From an uncultured bacterium (GTDB lineage Bacteria > Pseudomonadota > Alphaproteobacteria > MED-G09): 64,000 bases of DNA. Of this stretch, positions 19,221 through 29,877 are shown piece by piece. Under the pieces are notes generated by a model. The model was not told where the DNA came from. It was given only the letters and a program-made list of their open reading frames with translations, and searched no databases. The position numbers were made by a program, and so were the translations under genes. Positions within the stretch are counted from its first letter, which is position 1. The number at the start of each line of letters is the position of its first letter. Where the stretch lies: NCBI GenBank assembly GCA_964001285.1, contig CAXFAF010000004.1, forward strand, positions 9,763 to 73,762. The letters run 5' to 3'.

Positions 19221-20567
19221 ATGTTCAATAAAATATTAATTGCGAATAGAGGCGAAATAGCTATTAGAATTCTAAGGGCCTGTAAAGAATTGGGAATTGA
19301 AACCGTAGCTGTTTATTCTTCTGCAGATGAAGATGCTATGCATGTTAAACTTGCAGATGAAAGTGTATGTATAGGACCACCACCTCCTTTAAATTCTTAC
19401 CTAAATATCCCATCAATTATATCAGCTTGCGAAATTTCTGGTGCAGATGCCGTACATCCTGGATATGGTTTTTTATCTGAAAATTATGGTTTTGCAGAAA
19501 AACTTGAAGCTCATGATATTAAATTCATTGGTCCTCGATCACAACACATAAAAATGATGGGTGATAAAATCTTGGCTAAAGAATCTGCAAAAAATTTAGG
19601 TCTCCCCATTATTCCTGGATCTTCTGGAGAAGTTCAAAATATTAAAAAAGCTAAAGAAATTGCTGATAATTTGGGATATCCAATCATTATCAAAGCTTCA
19701 GCAGGAGGTGGAGGAAGAGGCATGGTTAAAGTAAACAAAGAAGAAAAATTAGCAGAATCATTAAAAAAAGCTTCTTCAGAAGCTGAAAAGACTTTTAATG
19801 ATAAGAGAGTTTACATAGAAAAATATTTAAAAAATCCAAAACATATCGAGATACAAATAATTGGCGATGAATATAATAATATGATTCATTTAGGTGAAAG
19901 AGATTGTTCAATTCAGAGACGTAATCAAAAACTTATAGAGGAAACCCCTTCAAAAATGATTGATGATGAAATAAGAAGTGAAATTTGTAATTTAACTATT
20001 AATTCATTAAAATCAATGGGTTATTTCAATGCTGGCACAGTTGAATATTTGTATGAAGAAGGTAATTTCTATTTTATGGAAATGAATACTAGGCTACAAG
20101 TAGAACACCCAATCTCAGAAGAAATTTATAATTTTGACTTAGTTAAAGAACAAATTCTAGTTGCCGCAAAATATAAACTTTCAACCGATCAAGATTCTCT
20201 AAAAAGTTTTGGTCATTCAATTGAATGTAGGATAAACGCTGAAGACCCAGATACTTTTTTACCGTCACCAGGAAAAATAACTAATTTTTATACTCCAAGT
20301 GGGCCCGGTGTAAGAACAGATTCAAATTGTTATTCAGGATTAGAAATTTCTCCTTATTACGATAGTCTAATAGCAAAACTAATAGTACATGATAAAGATA
20401 GAAAATCCTGTATAAAAAGGCTTAAAAGAGCCTTAGATGAATTTATAATTGATGGTATCAAAACAACTATACCCTTCTTTCAAGAAGTAATTGGTCAAGA
20501 AGATTTCTTAGAAGGAAGTTATGATATTAATTGGTTAGAAAATTATAAATCTAAAAAAATTAATTAA
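19221..20567 (+). CDS. accC: Biotin carboxylase
   Basis: ATP-grasp motifs. N-terminus ILIANRGEIAIRI. 448 aa. Confidence 0.9.
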   Translation: MFNKILIANRGEIAIRILRACKELGIETVAVYSSADEDAMHVKLADESVCIGPPPPLNSYLNIPSIISACEISGADAVHPGYGFLSENYGFAEKLEAHDIKFIGPRSQHIKMMGDKILAKESAKNLGLPIIPGSSGEVQNIKKAKEIADNLGYPIIIKASAGGGGRGMVKVNKEEKLAESLKKASSEAEKTFNDKRVYIEKYLKNPKHIEIQIIGDEYNNMIHLGERDCSIQRRNQKLIEETPSKMIDDEIRSEICNLTINSLKSMGYFNAGTVEYLYEEGNFYFMEMNTRLQVEHPISEEIYNFDLVKEQILVAAKYKLSTDQDSLKSFGHSIECRINAEDPDTFLPSPGKITNFYTPSGPGVRTDSNCYSGLEISPYYDSLIAKLIVHDKDRKSCIKRLKRALDEFIIDGIKTTIPFFQEVIGQEDFLEGSYDINWLENYKSKKIN

Positions 20568-21010
20568 TTTTCTTCAACAGAAAAAAGAGTTTGTCCAACT
20601 AGCCCTATTAAATCTATAGATCCTTGAGTGAATAGTATCTGTCCATTTTCTTCGATAAATATTTCACTTCCTCCAGGTTCAATAGATACATAGCTATTGC
20701 CTAACAGGCCATCGCTTGTAATTTTTGCAGAACTATCATCTGGAATCTTTATTGAATTTTCAATTAAAAGATTTAATTCAGCTTCATATGTTGTCTGTTT
20801 TAATAAACTGTTAGCAACAGTACCAATTTTAATTCCAGATAATCTAACATCTGAACCATTCTGAATACCATCAATACGATTAAAAACTGCAGTAACTTTA
20901 TAGCTTCCATTTGTATTATTATCAGTTACAGAAAAACTATAAAAAAGAAAAACAGCAGCCAAAATAATAACTATTGCACCTATAAATGTTTCAAAGGCAT
21001 TTGACTTCAT
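20564..21010 (-). CDS. MlaD/MCE-domain protein (membrane-anchored, lipid-transport family)
   Basis: N-terminal transmembrane segment plus an MCE-like core VTAVFNRIDGIQNGSDVRLSGIKIGTV. 148 aa. Confidence 0.6.
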   Translation of the reverse strand: MKSNAFETFIGAIVIILAAVFLFYSFSVTDNNTNGSYKVTAVFNRIDGIQNGSDVRLSGIKIGTVANSLLKQTTYEAELNLLIENSIKIPDDSSAKITSDGLLGNSYVSIEPGGSEIFIEENGQILFTQGSIDLIGLVGQTLFSVEEN

Positions 21011-21015
21011 TCTAT

Positions 21016-21399
21016 TTACTCAGGATTCCAGGGTTCATAATTCTTTTTTAATATTTTGGGCTCTTTATTTTTTGATAAATCTGGACTATAAGCCTCTTCA
21101 GTTCCAGTTGTATTTTCCTTATGCATTTTATACCAATTTAGGTTTTTGTCACTTTCATTCGGTATTTCATCTGTTCTGTAATGAAGCCAATCATGCCATA
21201 AAGCGGGTACTTTAGATGCATCCATTAAGCCATTATAAATTATCCATCTTTTTTTATTATTTTTTCTATGCACATAAAATTTATTACCTTTTTCATCTAT
21301 ACCTACTTTTTTTCCTTTTAAGAAAGTATAAATTCTTGTTCCTAAAGTTTGATTATTCCACCAGGTAAAGGTTTCAAGAAATAAAGATTTTAAGCCCAT
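21016..21399 (-). CDS. NDUFA12-family protein (NADH:ubiquinone oxidoreductase 17.2-kDa accessory subunit homolog)
   Basis: GNKFY...RWIIYNG...VPALWHDWLHYRTDEIP matches the hallmark NDUFA12 W-x-W-L-H segment. 127 aa. Confidence 0.65.
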   Translation of the reverse strand: MGLKSLFLETFTWWNNQTLGTRIYTFLKGKKVGIDEKGNKFYVHRKNNKKRWIIYNGLMDASKVPALWHDWLHYRTDEIPNESDKNLNWYKMHKENTTGTEEAYSPDLSKNKEPKILKKNYEPWNPE

Positions 21400-21402
21400 A
21401 TT

Positions 21403-23175
21403 CTAGTCTTTCTTCTCTAAAATTTTAATTCCTAATTCTTTAGCTTGTTCACTGGATATTTCTGAAGGCGCATTCATCATTAAATCTTGAGCCTGTTGAT
21501 TCATCGGGAAAGCTATTACTTCTCGTAAGTTATCAACTCCAGCAAGCAACATTACAATTCTATCAATTCCTGGAGCAATTCCACCATGTGGTGGTGCTCC
21601 ATACCCAAATGCCTCAAACATAGCTCCAAATCGGCTTTTTATTTCTTTGGTATCATATCCTGCTATTTGGAATGCTTTTATAAGGACATCCTGTCTATGA
21701 TTTCTTATGGCACCTGAAGAAAGCTCAACACCATTACAGACAATATCATATTGATAAGCATTTATTTCCAAAGGATCATCATTTTCAAGGGCCTCTAAAC
21801 CTCCTTGAGGCATCGAGAAAGGATTATGTGAGAAATCTATTTTTTTCTCGTCTTGGTTATATTCAAACATAGGAAAATCAACTATCCAACAAAATTCAAA
21901 GCAATCTTTTTTAATTAACTTTAATTCATTACCAATTTTCACTCTTGCTTTAGATATAAAATCTAAAAAATCTTCTGGAATGCCACATACAAAGAAAACT
22001 GAGTCACCATCATCAAGCTTTAATTCCTCTCTAATTATTGCTGTCTTTTCTTCGCCAAGATTCTTTGCTATAGGTCCAGACCCTTTTCCATCTTTAAAAA
22101 ATATATAACCTAAGCCAGGCTGACCCTCATCAATAGCCCACTTATTCATTTTATCGCAAAAGGCTCTTGATCCACCAGTTTTAGAAGGAATTGCCCAGAC
22201 TTTAGTATTATTATCTTTAGCAATCTGATTGGAAAAAATCTTAAATCCAGAATCAACAAATATTTCAGTAATATCTTTTAGCTCTATTGGAACTCTAAGG
22301 TCAGGTTTATCGGTTCCATAATTTTGTATAGAATCGGCAAATTTAATTCTAGGAAAAGATTTATTAACCTCCATATTTTTAGAAAATTTTTCAAAAATAT
22401 CCCTTAAAATTGGCTCAACGGTGTTAAAAATATCTTCTTGATTTACAAAACTCATCTCAATATCTAATTGGTAAAATTCTCCTGGCGATCTATCTGCTCT
22501 CGCGTCTTCATCTCTAAAACATGGGGCTATTTGAAAATAACGATCAAAACCAGAAGTCATTAAAAGTTGTTTAAATTGCTGAGGGGCTTGAGGAAGTGCA
22601 TAAAATTTTCCTTGATGAACTCTTGATGGAACTAAATAATCTCTCGCTCCCTCAGGACTTGAAGCTGTCATAATAGGAGTTTGGATTTCAAGAAAATCAT
22701 TCTCTATCATTTTTTCTCTAATAAAATTAATGATTTTTGATCTTAAAATAATATTTTTATGTAATGTTTCTCGTCTTAAATCCAAAAATCTATATTTGAG
22801 TCTCAATTCCTCAGGATAATCTGGTTCACCGAAAACTGGTAGTGGCAGATCATCAGATGCGCCGAGAACTTCTAAACTATCTACATAGACTTCAATCTCT
22901 CCTGTAGGCAAACCTTTATTAAAAGTATCATCTGATCTTTTTACTACTTTTCCATTAATTGTTATTACTGATTCGTTTCTAACATTTTCTGCATCTGAAA
23001 ATGCATCACTATCTGGATCAAAGACGAGTTGAGTTAGCCCAAAATGATCTCTTAAATCAATGAATAGTAAACCACCATGATCTCTTTTTCTATGAACCCA
23101 GCCTGATAATTTAATTGTATTATCTATATTATCTGCTCTTAACTCGTTACAATTATGTGTTCTATATTGGTGCAT
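21403..23175 (-). CDS. aspS: Aspartyl-tRNA synthetase
   Basis: Class II motifs [10 protein letters not shown] and [14 protein letters not shown]. 590 aa. Confidence 0.9.
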   Translation of the reverse strand: MHQYRTHNCNELRADNIDNTIKLSGWVHRKRDHGGLLFIDLRDHFGLTQLVFDPDSDAFSDAENVRNESVITINGKVVKRSDDTFNKGLPTGEIEVYVDSLEVLGASDDLPLPVFGEPDYPEELRLKYRFLDLRRETLHKNIILRSKIINFIREKMIENDFLEIQTPIMTASSPEGARDYLVPSRVHQGKFYALPQAPQQFKQLLMTSGFDRYFQIAPCFRDEDARADRSPGEFYQLDIEMSFVNQEDIFNTVEPILRDIFEKFSKNMEVNKSFPRIKFADSIQNYGTDKPDLRVPIELKDITEIFVDSGFKIFSNQIAKDNNTKVWAIPSKTGGSRAFCDKMNKWAIDEGQPGLGYIFFKDGKGSGPIAKNLGEEKTAIIREELKLDDGDSVFFVCGIPEDFLDFISKARVKIGNELKLIKKDCFEFCWIVDFPMFEYNQDEKKIDFSHNPFSMPQGGLEALENDDPLEINAYQYDIVCNGVELSSGAIRNHRQDVLIKAFQIAGYDTKEIKSRFGAMFEAFGYGAPPHGGIAPGIDRIVMLLAGVDNLREVIAFPMNQQAQDLMMNAPSEISSEQAKELGIKILEKKD

Positions 23176-23263
23176 TTAAATATTCTCTTTTTATTTTCGC
23201 AATAGGTCAATTTAATACATATTTGTCAAGGACAAGAAATGTTTTATTCTGTATAAGTCATTA

Positions 23264-24418
23264 ATGCATTATGTAAAAGAATCAAAGCAATTAAAAAAAT
23301 TATGTACACAATTTAATAATGCAAAGCATTTAACCATTGATACTGAATTCATTAGGGAAAAAACATATTGGCCAAAACTTTGCCTTATTCAAATTTATGA
23401 TGGAAAAGAGAAAGTAATAATTGATCCCTTAGAAAAGAATCTCGATCTCGATCCTTTCTTTAAAATACTAAATGATAAAAAAATAATTAAAATTTTTCAC
23501 GCTGGAAGGCAAGACATAGAAATTTTTTATAATCTAACAAAAAAAATACCTAAAAATATATTTGATACACAAATTGCTGCAATGGTATGCGGTTTCGGGG
23601 ATTCTATCGGTTATGACACATTAGTATCACAAATATTAAAGAAAAAGATCGACAAAACATCTAGATTCACTAATTGGTCAAATAGGCCATTAAGTAAAAA
23701 ACAAATAAATTATGCGGTATCAGATGTAACTTATCTTTTTGATATTTACCCAATAATTCGCGATCAAATTGTTAAAAATAATAGAGAAAATTGGCTTAAA
23801 GAAGAATTAACAATACTAACATCAAAATCAACTTATGATTTAAATCCGGATGATTCTTGGAAGAGACTAAAAATTAAAAGTTTAAATAAAAATTCAGTTG
23901 GAATTCTTGTTCAGCTATCGAAATGGAGAGAAAAGAAAGCTCAAGAAAGAAATCTTCCCAGAGGTAATATAATTAGAGATGAAGTAATTTATGAGGTTTG
24001 CTCATCACAACCAAAAAACGAGGGTGATTTTAATAATTTAAGATCCTTTAATAGAAAAGGGTCATTAAAAAAAGAATATATAAATGAAATATTGCAAGCA
24101 GTAAAAGATGGAAAATCAATGAATCAGTCTGATTTACCCATAATTAAACCTCAAAAGAGATTACCGACAGGAATTTCATCAAAGATTTCTATTTTAAAGA
24201 TACTTCTTGATACCGTTTCAGAGCAATATGGCGTAGCACAGAAGTTAATTGCAAATAGAAATGACCTTCAGGAATTAATTTTAGATGATAAGGCTAATGT
24301 AAAAACCTTAAAAGGTTGGAGATATGAAATTTTTGGAAAAAAAGCTCTTGATTTTAAAAATGGTAAAATAGCAATAAAAATGAAAGATGATAAAGTTTTA
24401 CTAGAAGATTGCGGTTAA
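23264..24418 (+). CDS. rnd: Ribonuclease D
   Basis: DEDD exonuclease motifs (LTIDTEF, FHAGRQD, YAVSDV) plus a C-terminal HRDC-like region. Confidence 0.8.
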   Translation: MHYVKESKQLKKLCTQFNNAKHLTIDTEFIREKTYWPKLCLIQIYDGKEKVIIDPLEKNLDLDPFFKILNDKKIIKIFHAGRQDIEIFYNLTKKIPKNIFDTQIAAMVCGFGDSIGYDTLVSQILKKKIDKTSRFTNWSNRPLSKKQINYAVSDVTYLFDIYPIIRDQIVKNNRENWLKEELTILTSKSTYDLNPDDSWKRLKIKSLNKNSVGILVQLSKWREKKAQERNLPRGNIIRDEVIYEVCSSQPKNEGDFNNLRSFNRKGSLKKEYINEILQAVKDGKSMNQSDLPIIKPQKRLPTGISSKISILKILLDTVSEQYGVAQKLIANRNDLQELILDDKANVKTLKGWRYEIFGKKALDFKNGKIAIKMKDDKVLLEDCG

Positions 24419-24422
24419 TAAG

Positions 24423-25094
24423 CTAACCTAAATATTCACTAATTAGTTTAATTGATATTCTTTTTCCTTTTTCAAGGGAGAAGTTATCAATCAGATCTAA
24501 AAATTTATTTATCCCCTCATAAGATCTATCTAACCTTTTCATTAAATAACTGACTATTTTTGGGTTAGCAGTTATTTGTCTATCATTAAATATCTTTACA
24601 ATTATATATTCCATTAATTTATCATCTGGTTCTTTAATTTTCGCTTCAAAAATTGCATCGAGTCTTGATCGTAAATCCTTAAGATCAATATCTATTGAAG
24701 CAATAGGCGTTCTAGAGGTTAATAGTAATTTTTTTTTATTTTGCCTAACAATATTAATTATATGAAAAAGATTCTCTTCTGAGCTATCAAATTTAACAGT
24801 ATCTATATTCTCAATAATTATAAGATCGTTAGAATTTATTTTATTCAATAAATTATCTTGAATTTTATCGACCAATAAACATCTTTTATCTGACATTAGA
24901 TCTAATAGTATTTTACACAAATGAGATTTACCTGAATATGGAGGTCCCGAAATAATACCGATGACTTCTTTGTCTTTATATATTCTCAAAATTAAATCGA
25001 AAGCCAAATTATTAGAATTGGTAATAATATAGTCTTGAATCCCAAGTAATCTTAGATTTGGCATTTCAAAATAAAGTTGCTCAGATTTTTCCAT
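24423..25094 (-). CDS. hdaA: DnaA-related regulatory inactivator HdaA
   Basis: AAA+ Walker A GPPYSGKSHL at 223 aa. The alphaproteobacterial hdaA-purM neighbourhood is conserved. Confidence 0.7.
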   Translation of the reverse strand: MEKSEQLYFEMPNLRLLGIQDYIITNSNNLAFDLILRIYKDKEVIGIISGPPYSGKSHLCKILLDLMSDKRCLLVDKIQDNLLNKINSNDLIIIENIDTVKFDSSEENLFHIINIVRQNKKKLLLTSRTPIASIDIDLKDLRSRLDAIFEAKIKEPDDKLMEYIIVKIFNDRQITANPKIVSYLMKRLDRSYEGINKFLDLIDNFSLEKGKRISIKLISEYLG

Positions 25095-25107
25095 ATTAAT
25101 TAATCAC

Positions 25108-25674
25108 TTATTCATTATTAATGACATTCATATTTAAAAGCCAAATTCTTAAATAGGAAAGCCATGATACAATAGTTGTAAAAGCGATTAAATAAGTGGT
25201 TACTATAAATGCTATATTTTGGAAATTTATTAAATAATTAGTATTTAAAACCGTCGCAAAAGTTAATGTAATATAAAATATTTGAAGAAAAGTATTTATT
25301 TTGCTTACAATTAACGGTTCAATTTTTAAATTAGTATCGAGCATCCAGGAAATAATTACTGCTCCCAAAATTGCTATGTCTCTTGAAACTATTATTATTA
25401 TAAGCCAAATAGGTACATAACCATTATAGCCAAGAAGGACAATAGAAGAAACTATAAGAAATTTATCTGCAATAGGATCTAAGTAACTTCCTAATAAAGT
25501 TTTTTGATTCAGTTTTTTAGCTATAAAACCGTCAAGTCCATCTGAAATTCCACTTATTACAAAAAATAAAAAACCTAAAAAATAACTTTCTGAAAGAATT
25601 AACCAGACAATGTAAGGTGTTAATAAAAGTCTGAAGATTGTTATCATATTAGGAAGATTCATTGTATAATCCAT
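25108..25674 (-). CDS. pgsA: CDP-alcohol phosphatidyltransferase (PgsA-like)
   Basis: DGxxAR-family motif DGLDGFIAKK...DPIADK. Multiple transmembrane segments. Confidence 0.75.
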   Translation of the reverse strand: MDYTMNLPNMITIFRLLLTPYIVWLILSESYFLGFLFFVISGISDGLDGFIAKKLNQKTLLGSYLDPIADKFLIVSSIVLLGYNGYVPIWLIIIIVSRDIAILGAVIISWMLDTNLKIEPLIVSKINTFLQIFYITLTFATVLNTNYLINFQNIAFIVTTYLIAFTTIVSWLSYLRIWLLNMNVINNE

Positions 25675-25754
25675 GGAATTTATATCAATTATATGGTGAA
25701 CTTTTTAAATAAATTTTTCAATGATTAAATCACTTTAAAATAAAGGAAATCATT

Positions 25755-26807
25755 TTGAATAAAAAACCACACTCTCAAACTTACTCTTCTTCTGGCGTTA
25801 ATATAGATAAAGCAAATGAACTTGTTGAAGAAATAAAGCCAATAATCAAAAGGACTAAAAGATTAGGTGCAAATATAGATATTGGGGGTTTCGGAGGATT
25901 ATTTGATATTAATGCCTTAGGTTATCAAGATCCTTTGTTGGTATCCGCTACTGATGGAGTCGGTACAAAATTATTATTGGCAATTGAAAGTAAAAAGTTT
26001 GATACCATCGGTATTGATCTTGTTGCAATGTGTGCAAATGATTTGGTTGTTCAAGGCGCTGAACCCCTTTTCTTTTTAGATTATTTTGCGACCGGCTCAC
26101 TTTCTAAAGATGTCGCTAAAAAAGTAATAACTAGCATAACTGAAGGATGTGTCCAATCTAATTGTGCATTAATTGGAGGTGAAACAGCAGAAATGCCTGG
26201 TTTTTATGAAGAAAATCATTTTGACCTTGCAGGTTTTTGCGTTGGGATGGTTGAACGAAAGAATTTACTTCCCAAAAAAGTATCTATTGATGATGCTATA
26301 ATTGGTATTAAATCAAATGGCCTACATTCGAATGGCTTTTCTTTGGTAAGAAAAATAATTAATGAAGCAAATATTAATCTTTCTTCCAAAACACCTTTTA
26401 GCAATTTAACATTTATAGATGAGTTATTAAAACCTACAAAAATATATGTAAATTCTTTACTAAATATTCTGAAAAATAATAATGGTGTAAAAGCTCTAGC
26501 CCATATTACAGGAGGAGGAATTACTGAAAACTTACCTAGAGTATTTAATTCAGTCGATCTTCAAGCTGAAATTATTGTAAAAAAATGGGAAAGACCTAGG
26601 CTTTTTAAATGGTTGCAAGAAATAGGGAATATTGATGAAGATGAAATGTTGAAGACTTTCAATTGTGGAATAGGAATGGCTTTAATTGTTGATCCCTCAG
26701 AAACAGATAAAATTATTCATCAGTTAACTTCACAAGGAGATGAATCAATTTTAATTGGAAAAATTGTTAGTTCATCGAACAAAGATAATAGAGTAATTTA
26801 TAAGTGA
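25755..26807 (+). CDS. purM: Phosphoribosylformylglycinamidine cyclo-ligase (AIR synthetase)
   Basis: Conserved PurM regions DGVGTKL and GGETAEMPG. 350 aa. Confidence 0.9.
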   Translation: MNKKPHSQTYSSSGVNIDKANELVEEIKPIIKRTKRLGANIDIGGFGGLFDINALGYQDPLLVSATDGVGTKLLLAIESKKFDTIGIDLVAMCANDLVVQGAEPLFFLDYFATGSLSKDVAKKVITSITEGCVQSNCALIGGETAEMPGFYEENHFDLAGFCVGMVERKNLLPKKVSIDDAIIGIKSNGLHSNGFSLVRKIINEANINLSSKTPFSNLTFIDELLKPTKIYVNSLLNILKNNNGVKALAHITGGGITENLPRVFNSVDLQAEIIVKKWERPRLFKWLQEIGNIDEDEMLKTFNCGIGMALIVDPSETDKIIHQLTSQGDESILIGKIVSSSNKDNRVIYK

Positions 26808-26808
26808 T

Positions 26809-27456
26809 ATGAGAGTAGCCATTTTAATATCTGGTAGAGGATCAAATATGGAAAGGTTAATTGATTCATGCAAGAAAGATATTAATTCAGCAACAATTGA
26901 ACTTGTATTTTCAAATAATCCAGATGCTAGAGGAATTAATTATGCAAAAGAAAATAATATTCCAACCAACTCAATAGACCATAGGCTATTTGATAAAAGA
27001 GAAGATTTTGACGAAGAATTAGACAAGAAATTAAAAGAATATAACATAGATTTTATATGCAATGCTGGTTTTATGAGAATTTTAAGCAGTTATTTTGTGG
27101 ATAAATGGTTCAACAAGCAGCTAAATATTCACCCTTCTTTATTACCCGCCTTTAAAGGTTTAGATGTTCATAAAAGAGTTATTGCATCAAAAGTTAAGAC
27201 ATCTGGATGTACAGTTCATCTAGTAAGGTCTGGAGTAGATGAGGGACCTATTATAGGACAACTTTCAACAGACATTTGTTCTGATGACAACGAAAAATCT
27301 TTAGCAGAAAAAGTCTTAAGACTTGAACATATTCTTTATCCGGTTTGCCTAAAACTTTTTTCAGAAGAGTTAATAGATATAAAAGGTAATACAATTAAGT
27401 ATTCAAAAAAGGCAATAGTCGAATTAGATAATATCCAAAATTATAAGGTAAATTAG
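26809..27456 (+). CDS. purN: Phosphoribosylglycinamide formyltransferase
   Basis: [15 protein letters not shown]-terminus and an [10 protein letters not shown] motif. Confidence 0.9.
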   Translation: MRVAILISGRGSNMERLIDSCKKDINSATIELVFSNNPDARGINYAKENNIPTNSIDHRLFDKREDFDEELDKKLKEYNIDFICNAGFMRILSSYFVDKWFNKQLNIHPSLLPAFKGLDVHKRVIASKVKTSGCTVHLVRSGVDEGPIIGQLSTDICSDDNEKSLAEKVLRLEHILYPVCLKLFSEELIDIKGNTIKYSKKAIVELDNIQNYKVN

Positions 27457-27881
27457 TATTCAGAGAATATCTCGCTATCTTTAAAAAAAAATTTAATTTC
27501 ATCTATGGCTGTCTCTGCTGAATCTGACCCATGCACAGAATTTGCCTCAATTGAAAGAGCAAAAGATTTTCTTATTGTTCCTTCTTCGGCCTCCTCTGGA
27601 TTGGTTGCGCCCATTATTTCTCTATTTCTTGAAATAGCATTTTCTCCCTCTAAAACCTGAACTATTATTGGTTCGGATGTCATATAACTAACTAAATCCT
27701 GAAAAAATGGTTTATCAGAATGTATTGAATAAAATTCTTCAGCTTGGATTTTATCTAATTGGATTCTCTTTTGAGCTACTATTTTTAAATCAGCATCCTC
27801 GAAAAAGCTTATTATTTTTCCTGTAATATTCCTTTTAGTTGCATCAGGTTTAATTATTGAAAGGGTTCTCTCTACTGACAT
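27453..27881 (-). CDS. ndk: Nucleoside diphosphate kinase. Start revised to MSVERT.
   Basis: [11 protein letters not shown] and NSVHGSDS motifs. GAGGT lies 5 nt upstream of the internal ATG at 27881. The track's upstream M would add 10 atypical residues. Confidence 0.85.
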   Translation of the reverse strand: MSVERTLSIIKPDATKRNITGKIISFFEDADLKIVAQKRIQLDKIQAEEFYSIHSDKPFFQDLVSYMTSEPIIVQVLEGENAISRNREIMGATNPEEAEEGTIRKSFALSIEANSVHGSDSAETAIDEIKFFFKDSEIFSEY

Positions 27882-27883
27882 TT

Positions 27884-28348
27884 TTACCTCATAAAGTTGT
27901 TTTCTTCCCAACCGCCATTTTCATTTCTTTTATAAAAGACTATATCCTTGAAATCTGACTTAATTTCAAGATAATACTTTTTATATTTTTCATTTAAAAT
28001 GTTATCATTTGCATCGATGATAAAAATCAATCTCTCAAAATTATCTATTTTTTTTGGAATATAGCCATCTATAGAAAACAATATCTTGGCATCATATGGG
28101 TTTTCTTCTTTTGTTGTTAAATATATTGGAATATCTATTTCAGTAGATACTTCGTCATCATTTTTTAAATGTGGTAAGAAAGAATCTTGCTTATGCACCC
28201 ACAAAAAATCATTAATCAAATCGAGTTTTTTGTTATCTTCAAATATTAGAATTGAATTTAAGTTTTTCTTTAGAGTTTTATCTATTAGACTAAAAAGTGT
28301 CTTCTCTACTTCTAGTGGAGCAGTCTTATAAAAAATAATTTTAGGCAC
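27884..28348 (-). CDS. holC: DNA polymerase III chi subunit
   Basis: 154 aa beginning MPKIIFY, with an LWV...FLPH pattern. Conserved pepA-holC adjacency. Confidence 0.65.
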   Translation of the reverse strand: MPKIIFYKTAPLEVEKTLFSLIDKTLKKNLNSILIFEDNKKLDLINDFLWVHKQDSFLPHLKNDDEVSTEIDIPIYLTTKEENPYDAKILFSIDGYIPKKIDNFERLIFIIDANDNILNEKYKKYYLEIKSDFKDIVFYKRNENGGWEENNFMR

Positions 28349-29821
28349 TTATTTCTCATAAAACTTATTAACAAAAGTATCTAATAGATGAACACCAAAA
28401 CCACTGGCCCAACTAGTATTTGTACTGCTCTTCGGCATTCCTGTTGCAGTGCCAGCAATATCAATATGGGCCCAAGAATTATCATTTACAAATCTTTGTA
28501 GAAATTGTGCGGCTGTAATAGATCCTGCGCCCCCCATTCCAATATTTTTCATGTCGGCAAATTTGGAATTTATAAGTTTATTATATGATTCATTAATAGG
28601 AAATCGCCAAACTTGATCCCCGCTTATCTCACCTGCTTTAATTAATTTATTAGATAATTCATCATTGTTGGAAAATAATCCTGAAATCAAGTTGCCTAAA
28701 GATATTACCATTGCTCCAGTTAATGTAGCTAAATCAATCATAACATCAGGTTTAAATCTCTTTTGCGTATACCAAAGTGCGTCAGCAAGAACTAGTCTTC
28801 CTTCTGCATCAGTATTTTGTATTTCTATTGTTTGACCTGACATAGATTTCACAATATCGCCAGGTTTTTGAGCTTTTCCGTCAGGCATATTTTCTACTAG
28901 ACCAACAACACCAACCGCATTAACCTTAGACTTTCTTTTTGCAAGAGATAGCATGGTACCAACCACTGCAGCTGATCCACCCATATCTCCAATCATTTCT
29001 TCCATTTTATTACTAGGCTTAATAGAAATGCCCCCTGAATCAAAACATACTCCCTTTCCTACAAAACAAACTGGTTTGGCTTTTTTTCTCTTATCACCAT
29101 CCCAACGCATTATTACTAATTGGCTTTCATGTTGACTGCCTCTGCCGACTCCTAAGAGAGATTCCATTTTTAAAGCCTTCATTTTGGTTTCTCCAAAAAC
29201 TTCAATTTTAAGACCATATTTCTTTAATTTTGATATTCTCTTAGAATATTCTTTTGGAAACAAAATGTTGCTTGGTTCATTTACTAAATCTCTAGTGAAA
29301 AATACTCCCTCGGCTATAGCATTATATCTTGTAAATTCTTTATTCAATTTAGTTGGGTTTGAGGATTGAATAGTGAGTGCAGGAGGAATGGATTTAATTA
29401 GATTTTTAGTTTTATACTTATCAAATCTATAAGAACCTAAAATGCAACCATATCCCAATCTTAATAATTCTTCATTTTTTCTTATTTTTTCATCAACTAA
29501 AATGTCCACATTTTTTTTTCGTTTTGATTTTGTTAATTGGGTTATTTTTCCTCCAATTTTTTCAAAATCGATTGAGCTTAGTTTTTGTATTTTATTTCCT
29601 AAACCATAAATAAATACGCTTTTTACTTTTTTATCTTTAATATTATTAATTTCAATAATCTCATCTTTATTAAAACCAAATCCTTTATTCTCAAGGGCTT
29701 TTAAGACATCCAATAAAAGATTATCTCCCAATCCAATTTTCTTAAGGGCATTTTTGTTCGATAAAATTAGGAAGATGATTTCTGACACTTGATCTGAATT
29801 AGATATGAATTTAATTTGCAT
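28349..29821 (-). CDS. pepA: Leucyl aminopeptidase (M17)
   Basis: NTDAEGRL motif. 490 aa. Confidence 0.9.
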   Translation of the reverse strand: MQIKFISNSDQVSEIIFLILSNKNALKKIGLGDNLLLDVLKALENKGFGFNKDEIIEINNIKDKKVKSVFIYGLGNKIQKLSSIDFEKIGGKITQLTKSKRKKNVDILVDEKIRKNEELLRLGYGCILGSYRFDKYKTKNLIKSIPPALTIQSSNPTKLNKEFTRYNAIAEGVFFTRDLVNEPSNILFPKEYSKRISKLKKYGLKIEVFGETKMKALKMESLLGVGRGSQHESQLVIMRWDGDKRKKAKPVCFVGKGVCFDSGGISIKPSNKMEEMIGDMGGSAAVVGTMLSLAKRKSKVNAVGVVGLVENMPDGKAQKPGDIVKSMSGQTIEIQNTDAEGRLVLADALWYTQKRFKPDVMIDLATLTGAMVISLGNLISGLFSNNDELSNKLIKAGEISGDQVWRFPINESYNKLINSKFADMKNIGMGGAGSITAAQFLQRFVNDNSWAHIDIAGTATGMPKSSTNTSWASGFGVHLLDTFVNKFYEK

Positions 29822-29877
29822 TTAATTCTCCAAAATTACTAACATGATAACCATTTTATAACTTTTTATGTTAACTA

